Below, in pieces: positions 26,501-51,563 of a stretch of DNA of 64,000 nt (position 1 is the first letter of the stretch; the number at the start of each line of letters is the position of its first letter). The notes beneath the pieces are model-generated. The model was not told the DNA's origin. It ran no database searches and saw only the letters and a program-made list of their open reading frames with translations. The translations under genes were made by a program, and so were the position numbers. This DNA is from Takakia lepidozioides (taxonomy: Eukaryota > Plantae > Bryophyta). Where the stretch lies: the NCBI GenBank assembly GCA_030704615.1, contig CM060733.1, forward strand, positions 42,966,001-43,030,000, read 5' to 3'.

Positions 26501-27816
26501 AATCCATCATCCTGAAACCAGCAAATCTCCAATTGAATATGCTATCTATGTCCACCTATGACGATGCAGAGATCATAAAGGAGATTCAGGAAGCATTGAA
26601 GAGCGACCATTTTGCTACAACACTACGAAGTCAACTAAATCAACCTCGAGACAACCCACATGTTATAAACAATTTTGAATTCAAAGATGGTTTACTTTAC
26701 TTCAAGGGACTTCTCTATGTACCTCCAGGACCTACACGACTTTGAATTCTTTAAACATGTCATGATCTTCCGGCTGCAGGACATTTCGGCTTCAATAAAA
26801 CATTGGAGTTGATATCCAGGGACTATTGGTGGCTGCAGATGTGAAAACTCGTGAAAGAATTTATAAAATCTTGCGACACGTGTGCTAGAGCGAAGGGACC
26901 ACGACATCGACCTTATGGCCTTCTTCAACCATTACCCATTCCCAAGGGTCTATGGTCGTCCGTGTCTATGGACTTTATTACGGACCTTCAAATTTCCAAG
27001 ACCACCGATTCAATCGTTGTTATTGTAGATCGTTTAACGAAGATGACACATTTCATTCCATGTAATAAGACGGTTACCGGCGAGGATAATATCTACCGCA
27101 TTCATGGACTCCCGAATGACATCGTATCTGATCGAGGACCACAATTCACATCAAATTTCTGGAGAGGATTATTTCACATATTGGATACTAAGATCCACCT
27201 CTCTACAGCTAATCATCCACAGACTGATGGTCAAACCGAACGTATAAACTAGATTTTGGAGCAGTATCTTTGCTGTACGATAAATTATCATCAAGATAAT
27301 TGGACGGACCTTCTGTCATTGGCTAAGTTTGCCTACAATAACACTATATATTCTTCGACCAAGCAAACTCCATTTTTCTCCAATTATGGTCATCATCCTC
27401 GAGCAAACCCCTTCCACATGAAAACTGTTGGAAGCCCTGCTGTAGAAAACCTTGCTACGATTCTTGCTACGATTCACAAGGAGCTTACATCCCACCTCGC
27501 AGAAACTCAAAAACAATACAAGGAGTATGCAGATCAACGTCGCCAACTCCAACCCCAAGTTCAAGGTCGGAGATCGTGTGTGGCTTCTTCGACGGGACAT
27601 ACAAACCTCGCGATCATCAAAGAAGTTGGATTATCAACGCCTGGGACCATTCAAAATTATTCGACAAATAAATCCGGTCAGTTTTCGGCTTGAACTCCCA
27701 TGAAGTATGCGCATCCATCCAGTTTTTCATGTTTCACTATTGGAGTTGTATCATCCATCAAATATTTCAGGGAGAGTTTCCGTACCACCTCCACCAATCG
27801 AAGTCAATCAGGAAAT

Positions 27817-28006
27817 TGAGTATGAAGTCGACGAAGTCCTAGACTCTCGCATCAAGTATAAACGTCTTGAGTATTTCGCACATTAGAAAGGCTACGACAT
27901 CAACGAACGAACGTGGGAACTTTCATCCAACCTCGTCAATGCCTCTGACAAAGTCCAAGAGTTTCATCAACGATATCCAGCTAAGCCCCGAGCTACACGT
28001 CAATGA
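27817..28006 (+). pseudogene. Chromodomain at the integrase C-terminus of the nested element
   Basis: [33 protein letters not shown]...LVNA. Confidence 0.88.
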
Positions 28007-28152
28007 GACGTCACAACGATGATGTAAGTCAAGCTAGCTTCAAGGAAAAGACTCCACATTCAATGTACCTGATACACGCTAAGGAGGGATGAGCACCACA
28101 CATCAGTATATATAGCTATACTTCCAGCACTCTTGCATCTTGTATTGACAGC

Positions 28153-28554
28153 ATGGAGTCACAAGAACCAGATACATTGGAGTTGTCACTTACCCAACTA
28201 CCAGATCAGCTGTTCCGACTCTCACGACCTTCAACATCACGCCGACGCTCTCGAGACTATGGGCCACCAATGCAACGCGTACTTCCTCGTCTGGACCCCG
28301 TACAACGGCAAGTGAAGCCTACTCGAAGTCTGATAATTCTGTTGGAGGTTGAGGCTTCGGACCCAGAGGGCAACGAAATCATGTTTGAAGGCAGCTTCGA
28401 AAATCAGAATGCTCAAATTACTGCGTGGTCCCAAGTTCAAGGTGTTGGACACTATCGATGGTTACATGGACCTATAAATCATTTGAGTCAAGAACGAAGA
28501 GCCGAATACTTGGCAGGTACCATTCGTCGGATTTTGGGTTTTCTCCAACTCTAA
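28153..28554 (+). CDS. Additional 133-aa ORF of unknown function between pol and PPT of the nested element
   Basis: ATG-initiated uninterrupted ORF with a TATATA about 45 bp upstream. Confidence 0.5.
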   Translation: MESQEPDTLELSLTQLPDQLFRLSRPSTSRRRSRDYGPPMQRVLPRLDPVQRQVKPTRSLIILLEVEASDPEGNEIMFEGSFENQNAQITAWSQVQGVGHYRWLHGPINHLSQERRAEYLAGTIRRILGFLQL

Positions 28555-28609
28555 GCAAGTCCAAGATTTTACTGCTCCTCGAGGAACTCGGCGCTAGAGG
28601 AGGGGGTGA

Positions 28610-29219
28610 TGTCACGGACATAGCCCATAAGAACTTACCAGGAGTAAATACCAGAAGTTACCAAGTTATCATGTTACCGAAAGTTATCATGACTTACCGT
28701 GATTTATCATGATTTACCATGATTTACCATTACTTACCAAGTTATCGGAAGTTTATCAAATTATCAAGAGAAACTTGGGAAACTACTCAGAAAGCTTCAT
28801 TTGGAGGAAACTTCTCCATCAAGATACCTCCTTTGTTTAAGGAAACTTCTCCATCAAGAAACCTTTGTTTAATCTTGGAAACTTCTCCAGCAAGAAACCT
28901 CCATAGTGGAAGCTTCTTGGGGAAGCTTCTTAGTAGCCAGTATATATAGGAGGCGAGACTGGACACTCTTCAGTCTCGCCAACACAAGTTCAAGCTACTC
29001 TTGTTCCAAGTCCAGTACTCTAGTCTAACTTCCAGTATCCAGTCCAGTTTCCAGCATTCCAGTATCCGAGTCGAGGTCCAGTATTTTGTACTCTTGTCCA
29101 TTGTTATAAAGATCATCTTGATTCATGTTCAGCTACCATGCATTTGGCCACGCCAACCTTGACTTCTTGTCTAGTCTTGTACCTCTAGTCTGATCTCTGT
29201 CATGTTCTCGTCCTTGACA
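28610..29219 (+). repeat. 3' LTR of the nested chromovirus
   Basis: Colinear with 22881-23516, with scattered substitutions and indels. Confidence 0.95.
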
Positions 29220-31400
29220 CATGGATTGAAACTGCACCCTGGAAAGTGCAAGTTCTTCCACAATCAGATTGAGTATCTTGGCCACATGATATAACCTAGA
29301 GGATTGGGTGTTTAACAGACAAAGGTGGAGGCCATTGCATGCATTCCACGCCCCATAGATGTAAACAGAGTTCGTGCTTTCATAGAGTTGACAAACTATT
29401 ATCATTGGTTTGTCAAGGGAGTTAGCAGCATTGCGAACACTCTTACCAAGTTGACCAAGGTGGGTAAGGAGTGGCAGTGGGAGGAGGAGCAGGAGGAAGC
29501 TTTTGAGGAACTCAAGGCTCGATTGACTTCTGCGCCTATTTGGGGGCGGCCTTTCCAGCTACATACGGATTGAAGTATGTTGGGGATTTAGAGCAGTGCT
29601 CACACAGGTGGATGATGAGAGAAGAGAGTTCGTAGTGACATATGTTAGCCGCTCGAACAATGATGTTGAGGTGAAGTATAGCTTATATGAAGAGGAGTGT
29701 TTAGCTGCAGTATGGGCAGTGACACATTTCATATGCTACCTCTATGACAACCTTTTCACTTTTGTCACGGATCACCAACCATTGAAGTGGTTGATGGAGT
29801 CAGACAAGCTTATATGGAAGCTTGCACGGTGGGTATTTATGCTTCAAGAGTACGACTTCCAGGTGATGCATCGAGCCGGTATAGTCAATCGGGATGTAGA
29901 TGGGTTGAGTCGTAATCCATGCATGAGCGAGCATGATGATATTGGAGCTTGGTGGCATGGTGAGATGGATAAGGAGATGGTGCCAGGATGACATGCATCT
30001 GATTTTTTGTGCATCATAGCAATGGGAGCTCAAGTTGGTCCATCCCATAGGATTGGTCATGTAGATGGTGTGCATGACGATCCGGAGATCAGTGAGGAGT
30101 TTGGTGGTGCTAAGGATGTGTATAAAGATGCAGCAGTGTTGGCCTACCTTCATACATGAGAGACAACAGCCAGTGTGACTGCTAAGGAGAGAGATCGGAT
30201 CCTATAACGAGCCAAGAGGTTCAAGTGAGAGGAGACTCGCCTACTCCGAGTATGGGAGGATGGACAAGTGAGGATTGTGCCTCATCCAACACAACGAGCG
30301 CGATTGGTACGCCATGCCCATGAGGAGTTGAGACATTTTGGGGTGCGACGCACTCATAGTTTGCTGCAAGGACAGTACTGGTGGCGGGGCATGCACACGG
30401 ATGTGCAACAATTAGTAGCAAGGTGCATGATGTGTGATAGAGTGCGGGCTTCTTTCAATGCACCTACTCCACAATTGCATCCTTTACCCATTATGGGTTT
30501 TGGGCTATCGTTGGAGTCTTGACTTCGCAGGTCCATTGCCACTAACGATTCGTCATAACAAGTATGTGCTGGTGATGGTGGAACATTTCTCCAAGTGGAT
30601 TGAACTAGTGGCATTGTCTGACAAGACAAGTGAGGGGGCTGCGTATGCATTTTTAGATCGAGTGCTTAGTCAATTTGGTGTTCTAGCCGAGGTACTCACG
30701 GACCAAGAGAGAATTCTTGGGGGAGTTTCAGGCTTTGTGTGAGCAAGCCTTGATAGACCACCGCACTACTTCTCGAGATCATCCCGAGGCTGATGGCCTG
30801 GCAGAGAGGGTTGTACAAACAGTCAAGCGAGGCTTACGCAAGTATGGTTTGCAGAAGGGACACTTGGGAGATTGGGACCTTCAGCTACCTTGGTTGGCCA
30901 TGGGCTACAGGTTTAGCAAACAAGCATCACTTGCCTCGTTCTCGCCTTATTTCCTTCTCTTTGGCCGAGAGCCAGATTTGTCTTCATCTATTCGAAGGGA
31001 GACTGCAATAGTCCTCAATCTTGATGATCCGGATGTGACACAAGCGTGTGCCCAGTGGGCAGACTTGTTCATGAAGAGATCAAGAGAGTCATGCCTATGG
31101 CTTTTGAGAACCTTGCTATTGCCCAACACCGAGACACATTGAGGTACGTCAGACACGTGGAAGGGGATATCGGCCAGGTGTTCGGCGTTTCCACCCTGGG
31201 GACTATGTGTATCTGCAGCAGACAGCGCCTACGACTTTGGATGTCATATTAGCAAAATGTGTGATTCTAAGGGTCCGGGAGGTGTTGCCTTCAAGAGTGT
31301 TGATTCTGGAGAGTCGAGATGGCATGGTATGGAAGGACCATGTGCGCAATTGTGCGCCATGTCACCTTCCCCATGTGGATGGGATCATAGATCCCAACCT
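29220..31400 (+). pseudogene. Outer-element RT end, RNase H and DDE integrase
   Basis: FQLHTD, YVSRSNN, ECLAAVWAV, TDHQPL; zinc finger HEELRHFG...CMMC; WSLDFAGP, LTDQ, DGLAERVVQT. Confidence 0.92.
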
Positions 31401-31419
31401 TGCAGTGGTACTTGAAGGA

Positions 31420-31575
31420 TTGCGTTGCATGCTATGTGGGCATACTGGTGGTGCCACAACCATGCTAGTGTGTGATAAATGCTCAAGGGGGTGGCACATG
31501 GGATGCTTGACACCGCCACTTGAGGAGGTTCCTAGCGGAGAATGGTTGTGTCCACGATGCCTTGGACAGAGATAA
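31420..31575 (+). other. PHD finger at the polyprotein C-terminus
   Basis: CMLC...LVCDKCSRGWHMGCLTPPLEEVPSGEWLCPRC, an intact C4HC3 pattern. Confidence 0.93.
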
Positions 31576-31831
31576 TGGACATGACAATGGTGAGGTTGAC
31601 AAGGACCCAAGGTCTAGCTAGTGGGAGTTCAACGCCATGGATACCCCAGTGAAAGCCATGGATTACAGGAAGACGACTAACGATGGGGCTACTTTTGCAC
31701 CCGACCTCTTGATCTATCGACTTTAGATACTGGGTCTTGTGTGATTGAAGACCAAACAATGATCTTATTAGGGTGGATACTTGTCAGCTATCCGGTGTTA
31801 GAGGGACCTAATCACCAGCTAGGGGGGCGAT

Positions 31832-32366
31832 TGTGGCATAGTTTTCTAGGATTGTTTGCTTAGAATATATGGTGGATAACGATGTATGTTGTGGCACGAT
31901 GCTTAGGTGCACTACAACTATGGTTTTAGTCATGGTTAACTAGAATTACCTATTTCTAGTTCACTAGGACATTTTGGATATTTATATTTGTATTTTGTGT
32001 GTTGGGACTTCATTTGGTCTCACATGCCAAGTGAGGTGTCAAACCTCACTTGGGACATGAGGATGGGTTTTCCTCTTGTGAGTGTGGAGGAGGGCTCATC
32101 TTCTTGTAGTTGAGCCTCCAGCCTCTCTCACCTCCATAGCTCTAGGTATTGAGTGGGAGTGTGGTGAGGGCTTTGTAGGGTAGATTCTTTTAGCAAAGGT
32201 GCCCTTGGCTTGACTTAGTTTATGTGATTGAGTGGATTCACGAGTGGAGTGTTTCTCTTGTGTTCACTTTCATTATCATATTGTGGCACAGTTTTCTAGG
32301 ATTGTGTACTTAGAATATATGGTGGACAACGATGTATGTTGTGGCATGATGCTTAGGTGCATGACA
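31832..32366 (+). repeat. 3' terminal block B1 (31832-31916) - A2 (31920-32278) - B2 (32282-32366)
   Basis: B1 and B2 are 85-bp TG...CA direct repeats differing at 7 sites; A2 copies 14542-14912; PPT aggggggcga directly precedes B1. Confidence 0.93.
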
Positions 32367-32994
32367 ATATATATCCTGCAGGTTGGTGGGTTTGAGGCTG
32401 AAACAAATATCCGCGCAACACTCCTATGTACATTTTCTGGGCTGGCCCACCAAAACGGTGGTAGTGGCTTAGTAAGGGTTATTAAGGAATTGCCAACATT
32501 TTTCCTTTGTATTTATCGTGCCATTAAAAAGCAGAAACCATCTTGTAACCTACATTCCGCCAGGTAGAAGATTCCCAATATTAGCTCCATCTAGTACATT
32601 CGGAGGATGAATGAACCCATCAGATTTCTTTTACTTCCAATGTTCATTGAAAATGTATATGCCCTGCTTTAATTTCAGAAGTTGGCATTCTTACGTGGTG
32701 GATTAAAGCCCTTGTGATGGTCCTTCCTGAATTTTTGGGCCTCTGCATAGGGTGGTGGCGACATGAACTCAGTTCCAAGAAGGCCTCCTCATTTAATTTT
32801 GAATGACTGCAACACCCTTCACCTTGTAAAAATGTTTCATATGAAATATGTTTTGTGTGAAAAGAGTTCTATTGTTTCCCTTAAAAAGAAAAAAGAAGTG
32901 ATGTCTATTGTACGAGAAATCAGATTTATGTTACATGCATAGTCGCTGAATGGCTGCCGAGAAAACATGAAGGGCTGTCAAAATTACAACCTTT

Positions 32995-33167
32995 GGACAA
33001 CTAGCATGTAGCCCAGTGGTAATGGGCACATACCACGTTGGATGTGGTTGTGGGTTCAAACCACCGTCTGGTGTGTCATGAAGGTGTCCACCTTCCTGCT
33101 GGAAGGTAGTAGCCCTTCGGGGTCAAGTGACACCATAAGTTACGCTCTCTTGGGGAGGAATCATACT
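32995..33167 (+). mobile_element. SINE family 1, copy 2
   Basis: A-box TAGCCCAGTGG, B-box GGTTCAAAC; imperfect TSD ttacaacctt / ttacagcctt. Confidence 0.85.
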
Positions 33168-33612
33168 TTACAGCCTTGAGAAAATTCTACAACCCTTCAA
33201 AATTAAAGTCTCATATACCCTTAAAAAATAATCACTGGTCCAACTCAGTCTTCCCCTAGGTATGCATTTTACTTTAGGCATGAGAGAATTCCACATGCGA
33301 CAAAATGGATGATAAATTGAGCAGCCGGTTTTGAGTAACTTTGGCATTTATAGTTAAGAGTTCAATACATGATGCTTGGGCATCAAGTGTTTCTTTATTT
33401 ACAAAATTTCCACTTCAATAGCAGATTAATTATGGAAATTTTAGGTCGGGGTCAACAGTGTTTGTTTTTCATTTTTCCAAAATCGCAGACAAGGCCACAT
33501 GAGGGCCACATGTGATTTCTATCCAATGCCCACGTGGGAGAATAACGAGGTGGCAAGGTTAGAAAAGTGGCTTTTTGACGAAATTTTCAGATTCTACCCC
33601 CCATAATTTATT

Positions 33613-33649
<37 letters not shown>

Positions 33650-33650
33650 G

Positions 33651-34335
33651 AAGATAATAGGAATAATGTAAGAACTTAATGTACATGTGCAACCTCTGAC
33701 AGGATAGTACGCCGATTTCCGGCATGTCAAATCTTCCCCACCCTCTCCTGAGGGTGACATGGAACTGAAGGAGTGTCAACTCCAGTCGGGGTTACACTGG
33801 GTTACACGACGAGATGTGTAACTCCACTTGGGGTTACATCGGGTTACACGACGAGGTGTGTAACTCCACTTGGGATTACATCGGGTTACACGACGAGGTG
33901 TGTAACTCCACTCGAGGTTATACAGAATGGAGTGTAATTCTAGTCGGTGTAACCCACACTTGGTCTCGAAATTTGACTAAGTCCAAATGTGGCTAAGTAT
34001 AAAATGGACCAACCAGAGTTACATGAGAAATCGAGGTTACAGAGGGTTACACCAAGTGGAGGGTTACATCGACTGGGGTTACACTGCCACAGCCTCCCAT
34101 CAGGAACTGAACCCAGAACCTCGCCACCTCCATTGCTATCACCTTACCATCACGCTACCCACCACAGCTTGCAACCCACTCGGATTCATAAGTATTTAAT
34201 AGTGAAACCGAGATAATATGGGGTGGGGAGGATTTGACAGGAGCCCTGCTGGAGGAGCCCAGGTTGCCGGAATCCGGCGAAAGTACTGTCAGATCACACG
34301 CGTCCATTAAGTTCTTACATTATTCCTATTATCTT
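33651..34335. mobile_element. MITE/foldback element inserted in a (TA)n microsatellite
   Basis: Perfect 31-bp TIR aagataataggaataatgtaagaacttaatg with further imperfect inverted homology; internal 42-bp tandem repeat (units at 33779, 33821, 33863, 33905); (TA)n on both flanks. Confidence 0.88.
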
Positions 34336-34350
34336 ATATATATATATATA

Positions 34351-35400
34351 ACGCCAACCGAATCTAGTGTAAATAAGAGCCTTTTCCCTTTGCGGGTACT
34401 GCCTCCTTTCAGGAGTGGGCTCTATCCGCATTGTAACTTGTCACACAGTGGCTAGCTGGTCACTTTCAATCTTACGTTTATTGATGATTAGGGATGTGAG
34501 TGATGTAGTAGCTGTGAAGTACTTCAAGGCTCGTAGTAGAGATGTAGTGTATTTGGATGGTAGGTTGAGATTGTCTTTTAAACCTTGGATATTATGGATA
34601 TGAGCATCGCCCCTACACCCGTACTGATGACGGTCAAAGGTGTTGCGTTCCAGCCTCGCTGACGGAGGGCATGTATGATTAGGTCATATTTTTCGTGTTT
34701 GTACATAATTGATTGATCTGGATTTCGATCATGGCAGAATGCGAATTCAAAAAATATATTTTGAGATATGGAAACGGTTCCGTTGGCGGCAATGCCACTG
34801 CAGGAAGTCCGTGGATTAACAAAATATCTGGGCATAGCCTTGCTAGGCAAAGGCACGGGTGTCCTTGGGAGCATACACACGGTAGTAGCCATTGGGGTAT
34901 AGTGTCCGGTGGGCGACCTTGGAACGTACCTACATTGATGAGGTTAAACCATCTGGATTCCACATGTAAAGTGAGAATTATATGGAGTTGTCTAACCCCT
35001 TGATTATGTCCAGTTACCCGCAATCCATGAATTATGAGGTGGTTTCAGTGGAGAAGTAAGTGTGGTCATGTGTCTATTTGGGGATTTTGGGATGAACATA
35101 ATATGCAATGTTTATTAGGGTATAATAATGCCCAGACAAGTTCCATCGTTGATTGCCCATGTATTGACCATATCGAAATTTCAAAGTTTGCTTGATTTGT
35201 GCATCAGTAACCAGGAGAGATGTCTAAAAATGATTGGACATACTATGTAGCAGGTGCGGAGACAAGACCCACTTAGATATGTAGGAATTTCTGTAGGTGC
35301 GGGATTCTTGTATGAGTATTTTGGTCTCGCCTTGAGTGTGTGTGCAGGTTCTCTATAGGTGCTATGGTCGGGAATCTAGCCCTTGTTGATATGAGCCAAA
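34351..35400 (-). mobile_element. 5'-truncated LINE with restriction-like endonuclease (RLE), copy 1
   Basis: CILC...HLLLH zinc knuckle, (G)HN, LCPDILLI, EFAFCHDR, KHEKY...L...GW; 3' end at a (TA)n run. Confidence 0.8.
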
Positions 35401-35652
35401 ACGGATATCTCTGCGACCAGTGGAATTTATGGCTGGTCAACGGTTGGTGATTGGCTTAATGACACCAAGTTGAGCAAGATGGTCTCCTATGTCATTACCA
35501 GTGTTGTACTGGTATAGAGGGTTTCACCTGGGTATCAATACTGGGTATAAATCTAGTATTGCAGAACCTACCCGACTGTTATTGATTTTTCAATACCAGT
35601 ATTGATACAAGTACTACCCAACCATCTTCCTCATTTATATTGGCATCAATAC

Positions 35653-35826
35653 GACAACCAACATGTAGCCCAGTGGTAATCGACACATACCACATTGGAT
35701 GTGGTTGTGGGTTCAAACCACGGTCTGGTGTGTCACGAAGGTGTCCACCTTTCAGCTGAAGGCAGTAGCCCTTGTGGTGAAGAGACACCATAAGTTACGC
35801 TACCTTCGGGAGGCGTCATATATATG
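35653..35826 (+). mobile_element. SINE family 1, copy 3
   Basis: A and B boxes; ends ggcgtcatatatatg; imperfect TSD ending atcaatac. Confidence 0.85.
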
Positions 35827-37746
35827 TATTTTGGGTATCAATACTATATTACATTATTATATATATGCTATGTATTTATACGTATTTAATAGATAATAGA
35901 ATAGAATATATATTTTATTGTTTTGTTTATTTACTTGGAATGATACCCTATTGATACTATATACCACATGGTATTTATGGTCAGAATACTCATATTCATA
36001 CCAGTATATAAGAAAAACATTTCCACCATTATAGATACCCAACTGTTATGTCCTAAACCTAATACCAGTACAACATTGGTCATTACCTATTATGTCTATA
36101 TGAGATTGAACTTTATGTATATGGATTTGCAGCGGTAAAGATGATATAATATCGACAAAATCTTTTATAAGTGTAATATCAGGATGGTGGATATGTGATG
36201 ATGGCTTGCAGATTTGGTTTGTAAGAAGGTATATGGGGACCAACCTGTCTGTAAATAAATAGTAGGTTGGTAGGGGAGAGACTTGAGAGCATCATGTATA
36301 ATAAGTTCTGCAAGATATTATGGCGATCAAGGAGACGGCTATATATTTTGGTGTTGGTGCCAACCAAAAATATACCGTACCTTTATATAAGTAGCTAACC
36401 CATTTCAAAGTCGAAATCTGGCGATTTTTTGCCAGAAAAAGAAACACTCAGTCAGGCAGATAGGAAGCTATGCTTCAGAACGTGGCTAGGAACAAAGATG
36501 CTCAGTCCTAATGCGGCCTTATTACGACAAGACCAACAAAAACCTTGTGGAGATCCAATGGAAGATTCCACCGAAGTAGTAGGTGGCATCGTAGCAACCA
36601 CCGTATTTGTTTGGAGAATCCAACAAAAATAAACCCACCAAAAATCCAACGCAATATGAAATTAAGTGTGAAGTGTGAACGCACCACATTATGACGGGCC
36701 GTTCTGACCGGCAATAGCCGGTCTTCGGAACAAGGTACCGCACGCGTAGTGCTGGGTTGACCGGCGGCCAACCGGTCACCGGAGGCAGGATACGTGGCCA
36801 CAGAGTCGCAGGCGGCTGCACGTGGCGTGGATATGTTGTATTAGTGAGTTGAACTTGTAGTAGTGACTGCAGTTTAGTGATCCGCGGTGGAGGGGGGTGA
36901 TGATCCGCGATCCTTCCCTTCTCTCCTGCAGTTCAGATCACTGCTTGTTTCTGACACTAGTTCAGGTGTTCAGAAGCAAGCTTGGGTGTGGGTTATGGTA
37001 AGTATGCAGTAGATGTGTTTTAGTGTGCGGTAATCTAGTATGAGGCTTTACAGAACACAGCGTAGACAGAGGACTTCTTCCCCTTGGGCCCCACTGCTGC
37101 AAGGGGAACAACGTCTTCCTGCCCATCTCCTTGTTTCTGTGAAGATTTGCAACCTCTTGGCCATCACTCCGTGCCCATAAATTGCTTGATGTACGGGGGC
37201 AGATATTTCTCTCATTGATTGCTGCAGTTTATGGTTCGCTGTGATCTCTCGTTTCTTCCCCCACTTTGGACCAGGTTGAGGCGTCTCTTTGGACGGTGTG
37301 GACAGAGATACGTCGGGATTGCAAGAGAATTCATGCGTTAGAGTTGGTGGTGGTCTTGATTGCAGCTGCTCTTGCGGCCCACTGGTTTGCCGAACTCTTG
37401 GGCTTCCCAAATTTGAAGGGAATTGTTGGAATTATGACGACATGGATTATGCGTGTGCGTGTATACTGAGGGGGACCTGCTAAGTTCTGGTTTCTGGTGT
37501 TGGTGAGAGATTTGCAGATGGTAGTTCGGGACAGGGAGCTGGTATAATGTTCAGGAATCAGCTGTTTAGCTGAGGCAGGTTCGAAAGACGACTAGTCTGG
37601 TTAGCTAATAAAAGCCCCATGAAAGCCTGCGCTTGGGGTTACTGTGTGGACAGGTTCAGGTGTGATTCCTTTCCGTAGCCTACATGGGGGGTTCCAGCTC
37701 TGCGGTTTTGTGCACATCAAATCAGTAAACCAGTTGGTTTTCCGAC

Positions 37747-50940
<13,194 letters not shown>

Positions 50941-51563
50941 GCAGATTGTTCATCTTATTGTATCATTACCTGGCCTCGTGCTAAACAAAAGAAAATGCAC
51001 CACAATTGAAGTTCTGGGTTGAGTAGTGCAGCACCTGCAGAATAATAACGCCTGTAAATTCATTCAGAGATATTGGAGAACAGATCTCCTCCACATTTTG
51101 CCACTTAGATAAACACAAGCAACTCGGCAACAAGAAGGCTCCTTGGATCGATGTAGATCCTGTGAGATTGATATTAGTGGGGTACAACCAATCTTGTGGT
51201 AGACTTAGGAATATACAGTTTTGAAGCAAAGGCAATGACACCTGCGAGGAGCTCCAACTGTTGTACATAACTTCATACACGTAATGTTTTTTTCAAACCC
51301 CAGATATGATGTGTTCATTTGCACCTTGAGCTTGCTTGCCTCATGGCAATGAAGATGTTTGTTATGAAGTATACAGTCTAAAACTACTACTAAGGGGGAG
51401 GTGCTGGGAAAGGAGAGACCCCGGTTTCTTTCACACATCAAAGATGCAAATACTGAGATGGAGTGAGATGGAGCTCACCCACAACAATTGATGCTTCATG
51501 CATGCTGGATTAGCAACTGAAACACAGCATCCAAGTCGGTCGGTGGGTCCATCACGGCCACAT

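Larger units (their letters stand above)
22881..29219 (+). mobile_element. Full-length decayed chromovirus (Tf1/Tcn1-like Ty3/Gypsy) nested in the outer RT
   Basis: TG...CA LTRs at 22881-23516 and 28610-29219; 5-bp TSD CATGG; PPT 28597-28609; gag (PEKFDG), PR (LDSGAS), RT (YLDD), RNaseH, integrase (SDRG) and chromodomain, with many stops. Confidence 0.97.
14538..32366 (+). mobile_element. Decayed Ty3/Gypsy-type retrotransposon (Chlamyvir/charophyte-like) with DNMT and PHD domains and split direct repeats
   Basis: Termini T[A]TCATG...CATGACA; 4-bp TSD ATAT (14534-14537, 32367-32370); gag, PR, DNMT, RT, RNaseH, integrase and PHD remnants in order; PPT at 31821-31830. Confidence 0.88.
13527..32426. 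mobile_element. Small non-autonomous DNA transposon (about 1.1 kb without the nested Gypsy) split by the large retroelement
   Basis: Inverted termini TACGAGTGTTGTGCGGTTATTTG (13527-13549) and CAAATATCCGCGCAACACTCCTA (32404-32426) match 20/23; CCGG/ATAACC-rich subterminal repeats. No clear TSD. Confidence 0.6.

Noticed and set aside
31832-32366. B1-A2-B2 as an independent TRIM with 85-bp LTRs
   Set aside because: The PPT precedes B1 rather than B2, there is no TSD around the block, and A recurs at the far left end of the large element.
14538-32366. DIRS/Ngaro classification based on the split repeats
   Set aside because: Protease, DDE integrase, PPT and TSD are present and no tyrosine recombinase was recognised.
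36690-36830. G-box-like ACGTGG motifs and short palindromes upstream of the RLK
   Set aside because: Too short to support as regulatory sites without data.
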